Source of the DNA: Ostreococcus lucimarinus
Lineage: Eukaryota
Assembly: GCA_000092065.1 (NCBI GenBank)
Contig: CP000586.1
Reading direction: 5' to 3' (one strand)
DNA: 64,000 nt
Numbering within the stretch: the first letter of the stretch is position 1; every line of letters begins with the position of its first letter. Position numbers and translations under genes: made by a program. Shown here piece after piece: positions 39,392 to 48,631 of this stretch. The notes under the pieces were generated by a model. It saw only the letters and a list, made by a program, of their open reading frames with translations. It was not told where the DNA came from and did not search any database.

Positions 39392-40719
39392 CGATGGACG
39401 CCGATCGAGGCGACGGAGAGGCGCGAGAGGCGCGGCGTAAAAGACCCGAGGTGTGGCGACCGGGATCGGCGGAAGACGAGGACGTGGAGCTGGAGTACGA
39501 CGAGAGCGCGTACGACGCGCTGCACGCGTTTTCGCACGAGTGGCCGTGCCTGTCGCTGGACGTGATGAGGGATGATTTAGGCGAAGGAAGGGAGGTGTTC
39601 CCGCACGAGATGACGATCGTGACGGGAACGCAAGCGATGGAGGCGACGAAGAACGTGCTGAGCGTGATTAGGGTGAGTCGGATTAAGAAGACGCGGCGAG
39701 ACGCGGACGCGGACGAGGACATGGAGGCGAGCGATAGCGACGACGACGAGGACGGTGGGTCAGACGCGCCGACGTTGACGGTGGCGAGCGTGGTGCATCA
39801 TGGATGCGTGAATAGATTGCGAGCGATGCCGCAAAGACCGAGCACGTGCGCGAGTTGGAGCGATTCTGGGCACGTGATGATTTGGGATTTGAGCGCGCAG
39901 TTGAAAAAGGTGATGACGTCGACGAACGATTCCAAGGGCAAGATCGATCCACCGTCTCGAGTGACGCCTACGCAAGTGTTCACGGGTCATAAAGACGAAG
40001 GCTACGCCCTTGATTGGTCCTCGGTGTGCGAGGGAAGGCTCGCGAGTGGTGATTGCGCCGGGGCGATTCACACGTGGGACATGGTGCAAGGTAAGTGGGA
40101 CGTCGGCGCGACGCCGTACACCGGGCACTATTCGAGCGTGGAGGACATCCAGTGGTCCCCGACCGAGCGAGATGTGTTCATATCGTGCTCTGCCGATCAA
40201 ACGGTGTGCGTGTGGGACACGCGACAGCGCGCAAAGCCGGCGTTGCGCGTCAAGACGCACGACTCGGACGTCAACGTTCTGTCGTGGAACAGACTCGCCA
40301 ACAGCATGGTCGCCACAGGCGCCGACGACGGATCGTTGCGAATCTGGGATCTTCGCAACTTTAACGAAACCAACGCGCAATTCGTGGCCAACTTCACCTT
40401 CCACCGTGCCGCGGTGACGTCCGTGGATTGGGCGCCGTTCGACTCAGCCATGCTCGCCTCTTCCTCCGCCGACAACACCGTCTGCGTGTGGGATTTAGCC
40501 GTCGAGCGCGACGCCGAGGAAGAAGCCGCCGCGCTCGCGGCGAAGGATAACGCCGCGCCGCCCGAGGACCTTCCTCCGCAGCTCATGTTCGTCCATCAAG
40601 GCTTGAAGGATCCAAAGGAAATCAAGTGGCACCGTCAAATCCCGGGCGCGTGCGTCACCACCGCCGCCGACGGCTTCAACATTTTCAAAGCCTACAACGT
40701 CGGCCCCGCCGTGCCGTGA
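39268..40719 (+). CDS. GRWD1: Glutamate-rich WD-repeat protein 1 (GRWD1/Rrb1), ribosome biogenesis
   Basis: Acidic N-terminus, then VFTGHKDEGYALDWSSVCEGRLASGDCAGAIHTWD, SVEDIQWSPTERDVFISCSADQTVCVWDTR, GADDGSLRIWDLRNF, VCVWDLAVERDAEEEAA and LPPQLMFVHQG. These are colinear with human GRWD1 blocks as I recall them (FAGHMGEGFALDWS…SVEDLQWSPTE…IWDLRQF…WDLAVERDPEAG…LPQQLLFVHQG). Start placed at MPRLPERA (ATG at 39268). Confidence 0.85.
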
Positions 40720-40760
40720 TTCGAGCCTACAACGTCGGCCCCGCCGTGCCGTGATTCGAG
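40691..40760. repeat. Perfect 35-bp tandem duplication (cctacaacgtcggccccgccgtgccgtgattcgag x2) spanning the GRWD1 stop codon
   Basis: Copy 1 (40691..40725) encodes the last residues …AYNVGPAVP plus the TGA at 40717..40719. Copy 2 (40726..40760) is an exact repeat in the 3' UTR. Confidence 0.85.
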
Positions 40761-40883
40761 CGCGCGCGCGTCGACGCATATCGCACGTCGCGCTAGAGCT
40801 CTATAATATCAATACAACACACTACGACTACCACGCTACGTTTCTACGTCTCTCGGTTCCGTCCCGAACCGCGAGGTCTCCAT

Positions 40884-41177
40884 CTACCCCCACGCCGGCG
40901 TCGTCGAGTAAAACACCACCAACCGTCCGCCCTCATCGTTCCGCTCCCCGTATCCATCGCACAGCGCCCCCACGCGCGCGTCGTAGCTCGGCGTGAACGC
41001 CGCGCCGAGGTACGCGAACGCGCGCTCGCGCTTGATGAGTTTGCTCAGGTGCGCGACGACGTCCTCGAACCGCGCGTCCGCGCGCACGCGTACCTTGTTC
41101 TGACGCAAGATCGGCGCGTCGCCCGTGGCTTTGAAGAGCACGACGACGCGCCGCGACGGGTCGAGGTCGGGAGGCAT
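40884..41177 (-). CDS. ATG12: Ubiquitin-like autophagy protein ATG12
   Basis: MPPDLDPSRRVVVLFKATGDAPILRQNKVRVRADARFEDVVAHLSKLIKRERAFAYLGAAFTPSYDARVGALCDGYGERNDEGGRLVVFYSTTPAWG. It ends with the conjugation Gly and aligns with plant ATG12 ([22 protein letters not shown]…LFVYVNSAFSPNPDE…GKLVVNYACSMAWG). The start is placed at the second Met of the track ORF. The first Met (41255) would leave only 4 bp to the upstream GST stop. Confidence 0.8.
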   Translation of the reverse strand: MPPDLDPSRRVVVLFKATGDAPILRQNKVRVRADARFEDVVAHLSKLIKRERAFAYLGAAFTPSYDARVGALCDGYGERNDEGGRLVVFYSTTPAWG

Positions 41178-41259
41178 CGAGCGAGGGTCGCGAAGTGCGG
41201 CGCGTCGCGAGCGTCGGCGAAAAGACAAAACGGCGTCGGAAGTTACAAAGCTCATCTCC

Positions 41260-42288
41260 TCATCTCGGGTACGGACCGTCGCGACCGTGCGCGGCGTCTA
41301 AATCGACGTTCGGACCGCACGGTACGATGGCGTGCGGGTTCAGGCTCGGATGACTGGCGAAGTAGTGCTGTTTGATGTGCGCGAAATCCGTCGCTCGTCG
41401 CAGCGCCGGCATCTGATAGAGCTCTCGCACGTACGCCCCCATGTGCTCGTATTGGTGGATGAATTTTTTGTTCGTCTTGAAGTACACGACGTAGACTTCG
41501 TCGAATCTGATCAAAGTCATGAAAAGTCGAACGTCGGCTTCGGTGAAGACATCGCCGGCGATGTACCGCGAGCGCGCGAGCAACTCCTCGCATCGGTCCA
41601 ACGCTGAAAACAGATTCTTCACCGCTTCGTCGTACGCGCTCTGCGATACGGCGAACCCGCACTTGTACACGCCGTTGTTGATATCATCGTAAACCCACTG
41701 ATTGATCTCGTCGATCTTGGGACGTAAGTGCTCGGGATATAAATCCACCTCTCGCGCCGCGTCGCTCGAGCAAAAATCTTGAAATTTTGTATTCAATTCT
41801 CTCAATATCTCGCTGCTCTCGTTATTCACGATCGTTTTTCGTAAAGTGTCCCAAATCAAAGGCACCGTGAATCGCTGTTCGGTCGGTGCGCCACAGATCT
41901 CGTACAAATCTCTCACGAATTCCGCGCCCTCGCACGCCGTCGCGGAGCACCGAGCGTCGGCCTCAAACGCTCCTCTCCCGCTCGGTCCCGTCACGACGGT
42001 TCCCGGCTTCACGAACCGCCATCCCGCGTGCGCGTCGTTCGGGTCGTTCGGTCGAGTCTTACCCCACACGGGATGCGTCACCGCGACGTCGAGGACGTCC
42101 TCGAGGCCTTTCGCGCGCAAAGCGGCCAGGCACCTCGTGGCCCACGGGCACGCTAAACTGACGACTAAGACGTAGCGGTGCGCCTCGGGCGGGTGCGCGC
42201 CGTTCGCGTCGAACGCGTTTCTGAACGTCGACGCTTTCCTGGCGAAAGCGCCGGTGGGGGAGACGTCGGCGACGGCGGTGCGATCCAT
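41260..42288 (-). CDS. Xi-class glutathione transferase / glutathionyl-hydroquinone reductase (ECM4/YqjG-like)
   Basis: CPWA active-site context YVLVVSLACPWATRCLAALRAKGLEDVLDVAVTHPVWGK. Further conserved blocks: TVPLIWDTLRKTIVNNESSEILRELN, NNGVYKCGFAVSQSAYDEAVKNLFSALDRCEELLARSRYIAGDVFTEADVRLFMTLIRFDEVYVVYFKTN. Confidence 0.9.
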   Translation of the reverse strand: MDRTAVADVSPTGAFARKASTFRNAFDANGAHPPEAHRYVLVVSLACPWATRCLAALRAKGLEDVLDVAVTHPVWGKTRPNDPNDAHAGWRFVKPGTVVTGPSGRGAFEADARCSATACEGAEFVRDLYEICGAPTEQRFTVPLIWDTLRKTIVNNESSEILRELNTKFQDFCSSDAAREVDLYPEHLRPKIDEINQWVYDDINNGVYKCGFAVSQSAYDEAVKNLFSALDRCEELLARSRYIAGDVFTEADVRLFMTLIRFDEVYVVYFKTNKKFIHQYEHMGAYVRELYQMPALRRATDFAHIKQHYFASHPSLNPHAIVPCGPNVDLDAAHGRDGPYPR

Positions 42289-42558
42289 GGCGATGAATGA
42301 ATGGCCGCCGCGGCGCGGTGTGCGGCGCTCGGGACGCGTCTTCGGGACGGGGTCGGACGGTGAAATAAGTCTTGAGAACGATCGTTACAAGGAATGAGAG
42401 AACGATCGGTGCCGTGAGATATTGATAGATGCGCGCGGTGACTCGGAGAGTTCGATTCTGCGGGAGGAGACGAAACGCGGCGCGCGTCAGTCAAAGCTCT
42501 CGGCGATTCGCGTCGGGACGCCGTCGAATAGTCGAGTAGGGGCGCATCGCGGTTAATT

Positions 42559-44008
42559 TTACGTACACGCTTCGTCCAAGGCGGCGACACCCGGCAAGAC
42601 CTTGCCCTCGAGTAATTCGAGGGAGGCACCACCGCCGGTGGAGATGTGAGACATCTTGTCCGCGAGGCCAGCCTTTTCGACGGCGGCGACGGAGTCGCCA
42701 CCACCGATGATCGTGATGCCGTTCAAGTTCGCGAGGGTGTCGGCGATACCGAAGGTACCCTTGGCGAAGGCGTCCATTTCGAACACACCCATCGGACCGT
42801 TCCAGATGACGGACTTGCACTCGTTGAGTTCGCCTTGGAACGCCTTGAGGGAGTCCGGACCGATGTCGAGACCCATCCAGCCTTCCGGAATGTTGTCGAC
42901 GGAGACGATTTGCGTCTTGGCATCTTCGGCGAACTTGTCCGCGACGACGACGTCGGTCGGGAGCAAGATCTTCACGCCCTTGGCTTCAGCCTTGGCCATG
43001 AGTTCCTTGGCGAGGTCGATCTTGTCGTCTTCAACGAGGGACGCGCCGACGGACTTGCCGAGCGCCTTGTAGAAGGTGAAAATCATACCGCCGCCGAGGA
43101 TAATCTTGTCCGTCTTTTGCAACAAGGACTCGATGACGCCGATCTTGGAGGACACCTTAGAGCCACCGACGATGGCGCAGAACGGGCGTTCCGGGTTGGA
43201 GACCGCACCGTCGAGGTAGTCGAGTTCCTTTTGGAGCAAGAAACCGGCGACGTTCGTCTTGCAGTACTTGGTCACGCCCTCGGTGGAGGCGTGCGCGCGG
43301 TGCGCGGTTCCGAACGCGTCGTTCACGAAGATCGTCGCGCTGCCCGCGAGCTTCTTCGCGAAGTCAGAGTCGTTCTTCTCTTCTTCCTTGTAGAAGCGCG
43401 TGTTCTCGAGCAAGCACACGGAGCCGTTCGGCATGGACGCGACCGCCTTCGCGACTTCGTCGCCGACGCAGTCGTCCACCTTCGTCACCGGGCACGACAA
43501 CTTCTCGGACAATCGCGCCCCGACCGGGGTCAATCGGAACTTATCCTCCGGTCCGTTCTTCGGTCGGCCCTATTTTTGCGCGCGTCGTCGTCCCCCTCGT
43601 CAGTCGCTCGCGTCTCGTCGCCCCTCGTTCGTCTCGATCCGATTCGCGGATAAGTGGATAAACCACCCTCTCGTCGCGCGCGCGCCGATCGCGATGATCA
43701 CGCACCAAGTGCGACGTCACGAGCACCTTGGCGCCGTTCTTCGCCAGGTACTCGAGCGTCGGGATCGCCGCGCGAATGCGCGTGTCGTCCGTGATGTTCA
43801 GGTCCGCGTCCATCGGCACGTTCAGGTCGCATCGCACGAACACGGTTTGGCCCTTGAGGTCGCTCTCGGCGAGGTCGCCGACGGATTTCTTCTTCGCCTC
43901 GACGACGACGGCGGCGCGCGTCGCCGCGGGGCGCGCGCGGGGCGCGGAGAGTCGTTGGCGGGGCGCCGCGGCGGGCTTGAAGCCGGTGAACGTGGCGAGC
44001 GATTGCAT
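42559..44008 (-). CDS. PGK: Phosphoglycerate kinase, plastid-targeted. Two exons: 43706..44008 and 42559..43570
   Basis: Exon 1: [101 protein letters not shown]. Exon 2: [25 protein letters not shown]…[29 protein letters not shown]…[19 protein letters not shown]…[42 protein letters not shown]. The junction SHL|GRPK is the universally conserved PGK sequence. Confidence 0.9.
43571..43705 (-). other. Spliceosomal intron (135 nt) of PGK: donor GTGCGT, branch GACTGACGAGG (plus-strand GTCAGTC at 43600..43606), acceptor AAAATAG
   Basis: Exon 1 (frame of track ORF 43541..44095) and exon 2 (frame of 42559..43533) are in different frames. The unspliced read-through gives non-PGK sequence ([12 protein letters not shown]…). 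The branch motif is 29 nt from the AG. Confidence 0.75.
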
Positions 44009-44231
44009 GGCGTGCGGATAGTGCGGGGCGATCGCGGCGCGATCGCCCATCCGGCGCGCGCGGCGACCGACCGGATTTAGGATTTCGATGTACACGCGAT
44101 CTATGTACGCGGGGCGCCGGCGTACGCGCGCGGGACGGCGAGTCGAGCGCGCGAACGCGTCGCGGGCGCCGACGCCGAGCGACGCGCGCGCGAAAGAGGA
44201 CGTTGGACGCGTCGCGACGCGTCGCGACGCG

Positions 44232-45368
44232 TCAGGACGCGGCGGAGGCGTTGGCGGCGGTGGCGTTGGGGTCGGCGACGTCGCCGGGCGGCGCGGGCGG
44301 GGGGGGCGGCGGCGCGTACTGATCGCAGTCGTTCACGTTGGGAAGGCCGAAGGACGCGCACCAGTGGTCGGTGGCGAAGGTTTCGCAGCCCGTTTTGCAG
44401 AGACGGGCGCGGTAGTCGTCGATGCCGTCGTCGGTGTAGGAAATTCGAGGGCGAGCGCGCGCGAGCTCGAGCGCGTCGTACGCGCCTCTGGCCCGGACGG
44501 CGTCGGCGGCGCAAGAGAGGAGGGCGATCGGGCACACCTGCCAGCACTCGGTGGATCCGATGGCGTTGTTGGATTCACCCGCGGCGCACGGGATGCAGCT
44601 GTCGATGGAGGCGCCGCCGGAGAGAACGCTGTACGTGCCGACTGGACACGGCGTGCACGTCTCGGCGCGCGCCGCCGAGTAATACCCGGGCGCGCACGGC
44701 GTGCACGCGTCCCCGGCGCCTCCTCCGGACGTTCCCGCGGGACAGTCTGTGCACGAAGTCGCGGCTAACGTCGAATCGAACGTCGATCCATCCCCCGTCG
44801 CCGGCGCTCGCCACGAGCGCGTCGTCTTTTCGTAATAATCCTCCAGCGTGCTCTTCCCCGACGTCCCCGCTCCGCACGCCGTGCACCCGACCGTGTTCCC
44901 AACCTTCGTGCTAAAAGTCCCCACCGGACACGGTTCGCACGTCGCCTGCCCCGTCCGCGAGTTGAACCATCCCGCCGGGCACGACACGCACGTCTTTTGC
45001 GCCGCCAGCGGCTGCACCGTCCCCGCCGCGCACGGTTCGCACTTGCAACTGTAAAACCGCGACGTCGAGTCTCCTTCGCACGCCTTACACACCGATCCCG
45101 GGCAGCATCCGACGCCGCGTCCGCCTCCCGCGAGGCACCCGTCGTCGCTGCGAAACACCGCGTCGGGCGCGTTCTCCGAAAACGCCACGAAAATCGCCGT
45201 CTGTTCCGCCGCCACGCAGTTCCCATCGCTCGCCTGCGCCTCAGCGCGCGTCACGCCGTCGCGTCCGAGCGCGAGCGCGCACGCGATCGACAGCGCGCGC
45301 GCCGCGCGCCGTCGAATCCGTCCCGCGGGCATCCTTCGAACGCGCGCGCGACCGCGCGTCGTCTTCAT
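44232..45368 (-). CDS. Secreted cysteine-rich protein with ephrin-receptor-like/TNFR-like CxxCxxGxY repeats and a Pro-rich C-terminus
   Basis: Start [35 protein letters not shown] (signal-peptide-like). Repeated modules: [100 protein letters not shown]-terminus [10 protein letters not shown]. The upstream part of the track ORF (45369..45695) is Arg-rich. Confidence 0.65.
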   Translation of the reverse strand: MKTTRGRARVRRMPAGRIRRRAARALSIACALALGRDGVTRAEAQASDGNCVAAEQTAIFVAFSENAPDAVFRSDDGCLAGGGRGVGCCPGSVCKACEGDSTSRFYSCKCEPCAAGTVQPLAAQKTCVSCPAGWFNSRTGQATCEPCPVGTFSTKVGNTVGCTACGAGTSGKSTLEDYYEKTTRSWRAPATGDGSTFDSTLAATSCTDCPAGTSGGGAGDACTPCAPGYYSAARAETCTPCPVGTYSVLSGGASIDSCIPCAAGESNNAIGSTECWQVCPIALLSCAADAVRARGAYDALELARARPRISYTDDGIDDYRARLCKTGCETFATDHWCASFGLPNVNDCDQYAPPPPPPAPPGDVADPNATAANASAAS

Positions 45369-45579
45369 CGCGAGGTCGTCTTCATCGGGAGCGTCGCTCG
45401 CGCGATGCGTCGCGCCGCGACCGCGCGTCGCGCCCTCGCGCGACGCGTCGCGCGGCGTCGCGCGCGCGGCGTCGCGGTGTGCCGACGCCTCGCCGGCGGC
45501 TGCAGATCTCGACGCGCGACTTCCGCGTCGCCGCGTCGCGACTCGCCGCGCGCGCGCCGCGAGCGACGCGCGGTCGAAC

Positions 45580-47721
45580 TTGGCGTCGCGCGCGTCGCTC
45601 GAATCGTCGAACGCGCGCGCGCGAGCGACGCGAGGGACGCGAATCCGCGGGACGAATCTGATTGCGTCGCTCATCCGAAGCGCCGCGACCGACATGTACG
45701 CGATGACGGCGGCGCTGGACTACGGCATCGTCGAGGACGACGACGGGGGGGACTACGATCTCGCGATGGACGCGCTGGCGATCGAGCGACGGGCGACGGA
45801 GTTTTTGCTGGACGACGACGGGTCGACGACGAGCGAAGGCGGCGAAGGCGAAGGCGAAGGCGAAGGTGGCGCGAGATCGGGCGAACGAAGACATCGCGGT
45901 GAACACGGCTCGAACGGAGAGTTTCGGGACGCGAGCGTGCGATATCGATTGCTGTGCCCGACGACGAGGATCGGGAGGGTGATCGGGAAGGAGGGACGGG
46001 TGATCAAGGCGACGCGCGCGGAGACGGGGGCGCGGGTCAAGGTGGCGCCGACGACGCGAGGGGCGGACGAACGCGTGATATTAGTCGCGAGCGGGGACGA
46101 TCTGACGGTCGGAGAAGATGGAGAGGGGATGACGACGGCTGAGGTGGCGCTGTTCAGGATATTTGATACGATCACGGGAGAGGAGGGGGTGACGGCGGCG
46201 CGAGGCGGCGAAGGCGAAGGCGAAGGCGAGGCGAGCGGAGGGTCCACGCGGGGGGCGTCGACGCCGATTTGTCGACTATTAGTGCCGCGCGTGCAGGTCG
46301 GGAGCTTGATTGGGAAAGGAGGGACGGTGATCAGCGCCATACGTGCGAGTTCTGGGGCCACGGTGCGCGTGATGCCGGCGAATATGTTGCCCGCGTGCGC
46401 GAGTCAAGGCGACGAGCTGTTGCAAATCACCGCGCCTTCGCGAGACGCGGATGGCGCCGAGCGCGATCAGAAACTATCCATGGCGAGCGTGAAGAACGCG
46501 TTGAGAATGATCGCGAAGCACTTGAGAGAGTACCCGTCGAAGAACGCGGCCACGGAGTCGAATCGGAGCCCGTTTGAGGCATTTATGATCGGGAATAAAA
46601 CTGCCCCGCACGCGGGCGTCGAGTCGCCGGGCGCGAAGAACGGCGGGCACATGTCGACCAGGATGAACCTTAACGGCGTCTACGTCCCGGGAGGGACGGA
46701 AATCACGTTCAGGTTGCTCTGTCCGGTGTCGAAGACAGGAAGTGTCATCGGACGCAACGGCGAAGTAATTCAACAAATTCGCAGTCAAACCGGCGCCAAG
46801 GTGAAGGTTTGCGAGCAAGTCAACGGTGCGGAGGAACGCATCATCTGCGTGAGCTCGAGCGATGATGGCTTGGCTCCTATGCTCGCCGCACAAGTGGCTT
46901 TGTTCAGAGTCTACCGATGCATCGTCGAAAGCGCTGGAAACGAGATACCGCTGCCGTTTAGATTGCTCGTGCAGACGTCTCAAATCGGGTGCTTGATCGG
47001 CAAGGGCGGGAGCATCATCAAGCAAATTCGCAACGAAACCGGGGCGACGGTGCGCGTGTTGCCCTCCGAGGCGCTCCCATCGTGTGCGAATGACGATGAG
47101 CTTCTTGAAATCGGTCAATGGCCTGCCGATGCGTGTGCGCTCGGGATTCGCATCGTCAGCGGCCGTCTTCGCGGCAACATTCGGCACAAGGCGGCGGAGC
47201 GATTGACATCCACGGCAGACGCTCAAAACACGCAAACGATGGGTTTCGACGCCACTTGGCAGCAAGCCGAGCTGATACCGTATGGTATGACGCAAACCGC
47301 GTACGGATCGCCGGAAACGGTGATGATGTCGAAAACAAAGTCCACTGGAGGCGCGCGAGCGCCTCCGGTCGAAATTGCCCCGGGCGTGTCCGTTGTGAAC
47401 AGCGTGCAGATGGCCATCTCATCTCAACACATCGGTAGCGTCCTCGGTCGCGGTGGATGCAATATCTCGCTCGCTCGTCAAGTCAGTGGCGCGAGAATCA
47501 AGCTCTATCCCGGCGCCGCGGGCTCGCGCCGTACGGCTGACCGCTCCGTCGATTCCGACCGCTTGTTGGAGATTAGCGGCTCGAGCGAGCAAGTCGCCTC
47601 CGCGCAAGACATCATCCAGCGCTTCATCGCGTCCTCTGGCGCAATGCTTCCAGAATTTGCCAGCTTTACCGCAACTGGCAAGCAGCACGAGCCCGAAACC
47701 GCGATGTTCGTCGTCTCCTAA
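45580..47721 (+). CDS. RNA-binding protein with five KH domains (HEN4/FLK/PEPPER-like)
   Basis: Five GxxG-containing KH cores: RLLCPTTRIGRVIGKEGRVIKATRAETGARVKV; RLLVPRVQVGSLIGKGGTVISAIRASSGATVRV; RLLCPVSKTGSVIGRNGEVIQQIRSQTGAKVKV; RLLVQTSQIGCLIGKGGSIIKQIRNETGATVRV; QMAISSQHIGSVLGRGGCNISLARQVSGARIKL. (GGCGAA)n repeats encode EGEGEG linkers. The start may be the internal MYAMTAAL (45694). Confidence 0.75.
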   Translation: MASRASLESSNARARATRGTRIRGTNLIASLIRSAATDMYAMTAALDYGIVEDDDGGDYDLAMDALAIERRATEFLLDDDGSTTSEGGEGEGEGEGGARSGERRHRGEHGSNGEFRDASVRYRLLCPTTRIGRVIGKEGRVIKATRAETGARVKVAPTTRGADERVILVASGDDLTVGEDGEGMTTAEVALFRIFDTITGEEGVTAARGGEGEGEGEASGGSTRGASTPICRLLVPRVQVGSLIGKGGTVISAIRASSGATVRVMPANMLPACASQGDELLQITAPSRDADGAERDQKLSMASVKNALRMIAKHLREYPSKNAATESNRSPFEAFMIGNKTAPHAGVESPGAKNGGHMSTRMNLNGVYVPGGTEITFRLLCPVSKTGSVIGRNGEVIQQIRSQTGAKVKVCEQVNGAEERIICVSSSDDGLAPMLAAQVALFRVYRCIVESAGNEIPLPFRLLVQTSQIGCLIGKGGSIIKQIRNETGATVRVLPSEALPSCANDDELLEIGQWPADACALGIRIVSGRLRGNIRHKAAERLTSTADAQNTQTMGFDATWQQAELIPYGMTQTAYGSPETVMMSKTKSTGGARAPPVEIAPGVSVVNSVQMAISSQHIGSVLGRGGCNISLARQVSGARIKLYPGAAGSRRTADRSVDSDRLLEISGSSEQVASAQDIIQRFIASSGAMLPEFASFTATGKQHEPETAMFVVS

Positions 47722-48047
47722 GACGGCGACGAATCGCGCGGCTCGTCTCAATTTTTTCCAGTTCATTTCTTTTGTCTTCCTCGCGCGCGAACAGCCGCGA
47801 CGCGAAGCTTCACCATCGCGCACTACTACTCTAGTCACCAAGTCACCACCGACTCCACCGATGACAACTTCACCTATCAAGGCACCACTTAAAACGTAGA
47901 AGTCGCGTTGTCACAGTACGAATCGCGCCTCGAAAAACGTCCCCGCGCCGGGTCGACGCGCGAACACGATCACGCGCCGACGACGCGTTCATTCGACGAC
48001 GAGCTCGCCATTACACTACAATCAATCGCTAACGGGCGGGTGCACCA

Positions 48048-48434
48048 CTAAAACGTAAAATTAATCCCCTTCCCGACCTCGAATCCGGCGATCTCCAACA
48101 ACCCCTTCCCCGCGACGGCTTCCACGAGCAGCAGGCTCCACCACCCAATCATGCTCGCCCGCGAGTTTTGTCGCTCGGCGTTCTCCACGAATCCGAACGT
48201 CGCCGGTTCGATGACGGGGACGATGGGCGGCGGCGGCACTCCCGGCGGGGACGCGCGCGCGTTGGACGCTTTCGTCGCTTGTTGCTTTTTGTTTTCCGCG
48301 ATGGCGTCGCCGATGGCGTCGAACGGGCCGGCGCGCGGCGCCGCGCGGGCGGCGCGGCGCGGCGCGCGGGCGGGAGTGACGCGGGACGTCACGGGGGACG
48401 CCACGAGCGCGCGAGAGGTGAGCGCGAACGACAT
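48048..48434 (-). CDS. One-helix protein of the ELIP/OHP/HLIP (chlorophyll a/b-binding-like) family, chloroplast-targeted
   Basis: Transit peptide MSFALTSRALVASPVTSRVTPARAPRRAARAAPRAG. The Lhc-type motif FGFVENAERQNSRASMIGWWSLLLVEAVAGKGLLE matches the ELIP/OHP consensus FGFTELAExxNGRxAMxGF…E..TGKG. Confidence 0.75.
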   Translation of the reverse strand: MSFALTSRALVASPVTSRVTPARAPRRAARAAPRAGPFDAIGDAIAENKKQQATKASNARASPPGVPPPPIVPVIEPATFGFVENAERQNSRASMIGWWSLLLVEAVAGKGLLEIAGFEVGKGINFTF

Positions 48435-48631
48435 GTCGAAGCGTTCGGGGCGCGTAGTGACGACGCGGGGCGGGACTTTCGTGACGTCGACGTCATCTGG
48501 ATCACGGTATGGGCATACAGTGAGGAAAGAGAAGGTCGAACGCGCGCGAGGGAAGAACGCGACGCGCGACGGCGACGGTCGGCGCGGTGGTTCGGAAGTG
48601 TGCTTTATTTTCGTTTCGTCGTCCGCGTGCG

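Noticed and set aside
38275-39537. Plus ORFs 38275..38958 and 38592..39371, and minus ORF 38638..39537
   Set aside because: Antisense or overlapping shadows of the SRPBCC-like gene and of the GRWD1 5' region. Arg-rich.
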